Of a stretch of 64,000 nucleotides of DNA, positions 60,109 through 64,000 are shown piece by piece. The notes under the pieces were generated by a model. The model had not been told where the DNA came from. It worked only from the letters and a program-made list of their open reading frames with translations, and did not search any database. The stretch's first letter is position 1, and every line of letters starts with the position of its first letter. The DNA is taken from the IMG/VR virus record IMGVR_UViG_3300032038_000058. One strand, 5' to 3'. The position numbers were made by a program, and so were the translations under genes. This stretch comes from an uncultured virus (IMG/VR IMGVR_UViG_3300032038_000058) (Duplodnaviria > Heunggongvirae > Uroviricota > Caudoviricetes).

Positions 60109-60413
60109 ATGATATTTTAATGATAATTCAAGTTGCCTGTAATTCAGGAGAAGAATCAATTTCAATAAATAATGTGTCTGACTTAGATATTAGTGTTTTA
60201 GAGCCCATGTTGATAGATATTAAAAATCATCGTGGGTACTATCCTACTGGAAGTTATATACGTCTAGGTCAACCAACTGCTAGGGACTTATATAGATCTT
60301 ATCAGGCGTGGGACATATTTGAGTCTCTTATTCCTAAGCCAAGGTCCGGTTTTTCAACAATTCTTAGTATTAAGTTATTTAAGGAAAAACCCTTGGAAAT
60401 GGACATGCTCTGA
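60105..60413 (+). CDS. Hypothetical protein
   Basis: GTGA-coupled ORF. Confidence 0.5.
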   Translation: MNDILMIIQVACNSGEESISINNVSDLDISVLEPMLIDIKNHRGYYPTGSYIRLGQPTARDLYRSYQAWDIFESLIPKPRSGFSTILSIKLFKEKPLEMDML

Positions 60414-60447
60414 AATCCTTAATAATGAAAATAAAACTTGAAAAATT

Positions 60448-60633
60448 ATGGATAATATTAAAGATTATTTTAGAGCAGATGAAATCATTAATGCGAAAAG
60501 TTTTACAAGTGCAACAATAGTTTACACAAATGATCCGAAGAGAAGAGTAGAGCCCTCTCAAGTTGTAGTTGAGAAAATGAGAGCTACTACTGGCGATCAT
60601 CAACTATTGCGGTCTGAGATATTCCTTCCGTAA
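60448..60633 (+). CDS. Small hypothetical protein
   Basis: Preceded by the promoter motif (60417-60427) and followed by a terminator-like hairpin. Confidence 0.5.
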   Translation: MDNIKDYFRADEIINAKSFTSATIVYTNDPKRRVEPSQVVVEKMRATTGDHQLLRSEIFLP

Positions 60634-60709
60634 GTTTAAAATTTATTAAGTTGTTCAATGTTGAGGCAGGTCTATTAAAGTAGGTCTGTCTCTTTTTATA
60701 GGAGATAAT

Positions 60710-61276
60710 ATGAGTAAATTAAGAGATTATATTTTACAGTATAGTCAATGTCCGGTGGATCAGTTGTTTAGTATATTAAATAATTCCACTGATTTGACAA
60801 GAGATGAAAAAAATATTATTTACATCTATCTTAATCCGAAACCGATAGCACATATGGAATTGCCCGGAATAATTACTAGCAATAGGGGAAATCATCAAGA
60901 GGGCTATTTGACGGAAAACTTAGGAGAGATTCTTATATTACTTCGGGCATACAGATCTAGTCAATATAGTAGGTTTATTCTTCACTTACTCCATTCTTAT
61001 GTACAAAATAGTAATGGTATCTATGTAGAGAATGATCCAGAGTTTGATAATTGTAATTGTGGGCTATGTGGCAAACTTATTCATAATTATCCAGTTTGGG
61101 AGGAATTGTGTAATTTAAACCCATCATTTAAGGAACAAGAGAGAAAAGAATACTTAGCCTACGGAAACAATCAGAGTACTCAGCATCTATGTTTAAATTG
61201 CATGATACAGCTAAATGCATTAGATAGATTGCTCAAAAACCTCGAAGGATCTGGTTATCTTAGTAATTTTAAATAA
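60710..61276 (+). CDS. Zinc-binding hypothetical protein
   Basis: CGLC ... CLNC. Confidence 0.55.
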   Translation: MSKLRDYILQYSQCPVDQLFSILNNSTDLTRDEKNIIYIYLNPKPIAHMELPGIITSNRGNHQEGYLTENLGEILILLRAYRSSQYSRFILHLLHSYVQNSNGIYVENDPEFDNCNCGLCGKLIHNYPVWEELCNLNPSFKEQERKEYLAYGNNQSTQHLCLNCMIQLNALDRLLKNLEGSGYLSNFK

Positions 61277-61425
61277 TAAAAATACCAATGAAACCGGATG
61301 ATATTCTTATATATGAAATTGAAATTTGATTCATTGTTTTGGTTTAATTAGTTTTGTTAAATTGTTAGTGAGAGATTAATGGAAAGAAATTTTTGTTAAT
61401 TTCTCATTAATTTTACTGTAAAAAT

Positions 61426-62010
61426 ATGGCAAAGAAGATTAATTATAGGGAGAGTTTTTATTTCCCAGATATCCCATACCAGCCTTATCCGATGTACTTA
61501 ATATCCAATTCGGGTAAGCTAGTTAATTTTAAATCAATAGTATACCCTTCTACAACATCAGTAAAGAAGTATACTAGGAAGAAGCAATTACGTTTTAGGA
61601 GTCAGCAGGCAAAAATATTTGATGCCCTAATAAACGTTGGCTATTTTGATCCCTTAATTGTTTATAGAGAGTTTCCTATACCTATTCAAAACTGTTATAG
61701 GTTAGAAGGACAAAAAAGGTTGTATTATATTTGTGACTATTTCTTTCCTACACTGAACCTAGTAGTAGAGCTGGATTCCGATTATCATGATAGTCAGACA
61801 AGGGATCCCGATGCGATAAGGGATAGTTATATTAAGTCTGTCCATGGGTTGGATATATTTAGGATAAGAGATTTACAGAAAGAGGCAGTTCAGAAGTCAA
61901 AGTTTAAGGAATTAGCCAAGTTGATGAGAGATAAGAACCCAATATCCTCTCCGCAACCTTTAATCTTTACGACAGACCTGTATAGCTACTTAGATAAAAA
62001 GCAACTGTGA
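61426..62010 (+). CDS. Free-standing Vsr/DUF559-like endonuclease
   Basis: YYICDYFFPTLNLVVELDSDYHD ... RD ... IFRI. Confidence 0.7.
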   Translation: MAKKINYRESFYFPDIPYQPYPMYLISNSGKLVNFKSIVYPSTTSVKKYTRKKQLRFRSQQAKIFDALINVGYFDPLIVYREFPIPIQNCYRLEGQKRLYYICDYFFPTLNLVVELDSDYHDSQTRDPDAIRDSYIKSVHGLDIFRIRDLQKEAVQKSKFKELAKLMRDKNPISSPQPLIFTTDLYSYLDKKQL

Positions 62011-62057
62011 GGCTGGGATTACCTTACTTATGAGTTAAATTTAATAATAAGATATAT

Positions 62058-62678
62058 ATGGTTAGAATTGTTTCGGGAATAGATGGAAATAGTGGAAACT
62101 TTTGTGTTACGATAAGTTCTCCTTTAGTTGAAAAATATTATACAAACCTATGTGGGATGATGAAAAATGATAAAATGTCACCTTCTGGTCTTACTATTGA
62201 TAAGGTGGCAAGTGATTCTGTTCTCATTCAGTTTCCCCCAAAAGGAGGCGTAAATCCTATTATTGGTGAACTTGAAGGTGGAAAAGCAAAAGTAGATGCT
62301 TCAGCCGCCGAGCCATTAAATAATGTTCTTGATATAGCTAGGAAATTTGTTATGGGTGCAATAAAACATTGTACTAAGTCAATTGAATTTATTCCACTTT
62401 TTGATTTTACGGGTGACATTAGGAATTATTCTTTTGAAGAAATGAAGACTGATATTATTGAGGCCGTAAAAAATAAAAGGAATTTATGTATTATTGACAA
62501 ATTTCAGGCTTACCTAGATAATCAGAAAGATCAGAAGTATGAATTTAATCAGTATCTAATTGATTTTAATTCTAATCCTAGTGAATATTCTGATTTTGTA
62601 TTAATGGTTCAAAATAACAATTTATCTGAATTAAGAAAAATTTATAAAACAAAATTAAAAAGAACATCTTGGTTCTAA
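62058..62678 (+). CDS. Hypothetical protein
   Basis: ORF after the promoter motif at 62022-62032. Confidence 0.6.
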   Translation: MVRIVSGIDGNSGNFCVTISSPLVEKYYTNLCGMMKNDKMSPSGLTIDKVASDSVLIQFPPKGGVNPIIGELEGGKAKVDASAAEPLNNVLDIARKFVMGAIKHCTKSIEFIPLFDFTGDIRNYSFEEMKTDIIEAVKNKRNLCIIDKFQAYLDNQKDQKYEFNQYLIDFNSNPSEYSDFVLMVQNNNLSELRKIYKTKLKRTSWF

Positions 62679-62748
62679 AGAGATTAAGAGGTATAGTAAT
62701 GATAATATTATTGTACCTTTCTTTTTTCATTTTTAAAATAAATTTAGT

Positions 62749-63330
62749 ATGGAACAAATAAGTAATTCTGTGGCCATCATTTCTGGAGGCGAACCTATTC
62801 CAGCAGGATTTGAAGATGGCATTAAAATTGCATTAATGGGTTCAAGTGATTTAAATGTTTCGAGTGAGTTAGATTGGTATAGTAAGTTTGCACAGGGAGT
62901 TGCATTAATTACAAATACTGAGCCAGGAAAAGGTATTATTATGTATAGAGGTATGAAGTTTTTATTAATGAGCTGCAAGTCCTGGAACCCTGCTAACCCT
63001 GTAATATCTTATGACAATCCTGAGTTTGTAACAAAAATAAGTATGGACCTTGATTATGCTGATGCTGCTGACTGTATTTTCTTTAATTTCCTAAAGAAGA
63101 GTACGGCCCAAATGCCTCTTACTGAGTTTTGTCTAGCATCTCGATCGGGTAAAATGATATGCAGGTGTCCAAATGATTATGTAAATTATGGGGTTGTAAG
63201 ATGCATCTGTGAAAGATATAATATACCTCTTCTTCCTGGTGCAGCTACTAGCGTATTGAGTGTTTTGCAGACAATGTGGGCTTTCATTCCTAAATTTCAA
63301 GAACTACAGAGATTTAGACTACCAGAGTAA
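62749..63330 (+). CDS. Nucleoside 2-deoxyribosyltransferase-like protein
   Basis: IALMGS ... W ... ADCIFFNF ... MPLTEF ... ICRCPNDY..YGVV pattern. Confidence 0.5.
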   Translation: MEQISNSVAIISGGEPIPAGFEDGIKIALMGSSDLNVSSELDWYSKFAQGVALITNTEPGKGIIMYRGMKFLLMSCKSWNPANPVISYDNPEFVTKISMDLDYADAADCIFFNFLKKSTAQMPLTEFCLASRSGKMICRCPNDYVNYGVVRCICERYNIPLLPGAATSVLSVLQTMWAFIPKFQELQRFRLPE

Positions 63331-64000
63331 TGAGAAGCCTTGTAATTTTGAAGGGCTTAGTAAAAAGAAATAAAATTGATTGGGTAAAAAGAGAAGGATT
63401 ATTTAATTTCTTACTTGATATAGATTCAGTAAAGAGATTATATTACCGACCAGATTATAGAGGTGGTAAAGATTTTTTAACAAGATCTTATGATGACAAT
63501 GTGTACAGAGTATTTATCCAGGCATTATGTTCTCGCTTATCTACTGGTACATTAATTGTTGTAGATATGGACAATGAATCAGTATCGACCGTAGAAGAAC
63601 TGGCAATGATATATGGGTATAAGGTGTTTTACCATGTCGAACCTACTCCATTTGATTATGTTAAGAAAAATAAAAAATACTGTACTTATCAATATGTCCC
63701 ACAATCAGAGGAAATGCTAAAAAGAGAGGTAAGTGAATTTAATAAACTTTCATTTATAGAAGAGGATTTGATAAATTCTTATATAGACCTAGAGAAATAT
63801 TGGAGATATCAATTACAACCTATAAAAGTTGATAACAAAGATAGTATATTACATGTGTCTGATTTACACTCTCATTGGGAAGTATTGAAAAGAAATATAC
63901 CAATCAAAAAATTCCCTTTAATAGTATTCTTAGGCGATTACATAGATGGACCAGAAGAAGGCGGATCAAGAAGATTAATCAATTTCGTCTTAAAAAATAA
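63330..64000 (+). CDS. Polynucleotide kinase/phosphatase-like protein (degenerate kinase plus metallophosphoesterase); runs off the right edge
   Basis: Open frame from ATG 63330: MRSLVILKGLVKRNK ... LIVVD ... ILHVSDLHSH ... VFLGDYIDG. Confidence 0.65.
   Translation, partial: MRSLVILKGLVKRNKIDWVKREGLFNFLLDIDSVKRLYYRPDYRGGKDFLTRSYDDNVYRVFIQALCSRLSTGTLIVVDMDNESVSTVEELAMIYGYKVFYHVEPTPFDYVKKNKKYCTYQYVPQSEEMLKREVSEFNKLSFIEEDLINSYIDLEKYWRYQLQPIKVDNKDSILHVSDLHSHWEVLKRNIPIKKFPLIVFLGDYIDGPEEGGSRRLINFVLKN

Overview
AT-rich, gene-dense 64 kb segment that reads as part of a large (jumbo-type) phage genome. Small-ORF families and a TAnnTTTG-like promoter element suggest a Bacteroidota host (inference). 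The standard genetic code fits; I found no tRNA, rRNA, CRISPR array or virion gene. DNA functions include a family A DNA polymerase split by a group I intron (545-2576) that carries a repeat-rich Vsr-like homing endonuclease, an SbcD-SbcC fusion, a 5'-3' exonuclease, a probable SSB and endonuclease V. Other genes are NAD salvage enzymes (pncB, pncA, nadE), ClpC, ClpP, IF-1, Thg1, an RlmN-like methylase, an OFA-type MFS transporter and four radical SAM enzymes in total. The main unexplained structures are: (1) two separate operons in which an N-terminal 'TNSSS' motif protein is translationally coupled to a related radical SAM enzyme, one of them split by an ORF-less group I intron (53494-53782); (2) two paralogous SF2-helicase-like genes with a degenerate Walker A, each preceded by an identical 36-nt hairpin and a shared G-rich stem-loop; (3) a ~155-nt rod-shaped ncRNA candidate at 57199-57353; (4) a (C/T)CTTA-N4-TG promoter-like motif in front of more than 20 transcription units. 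All function calls come from reading motifs by eye; no database searches were run.
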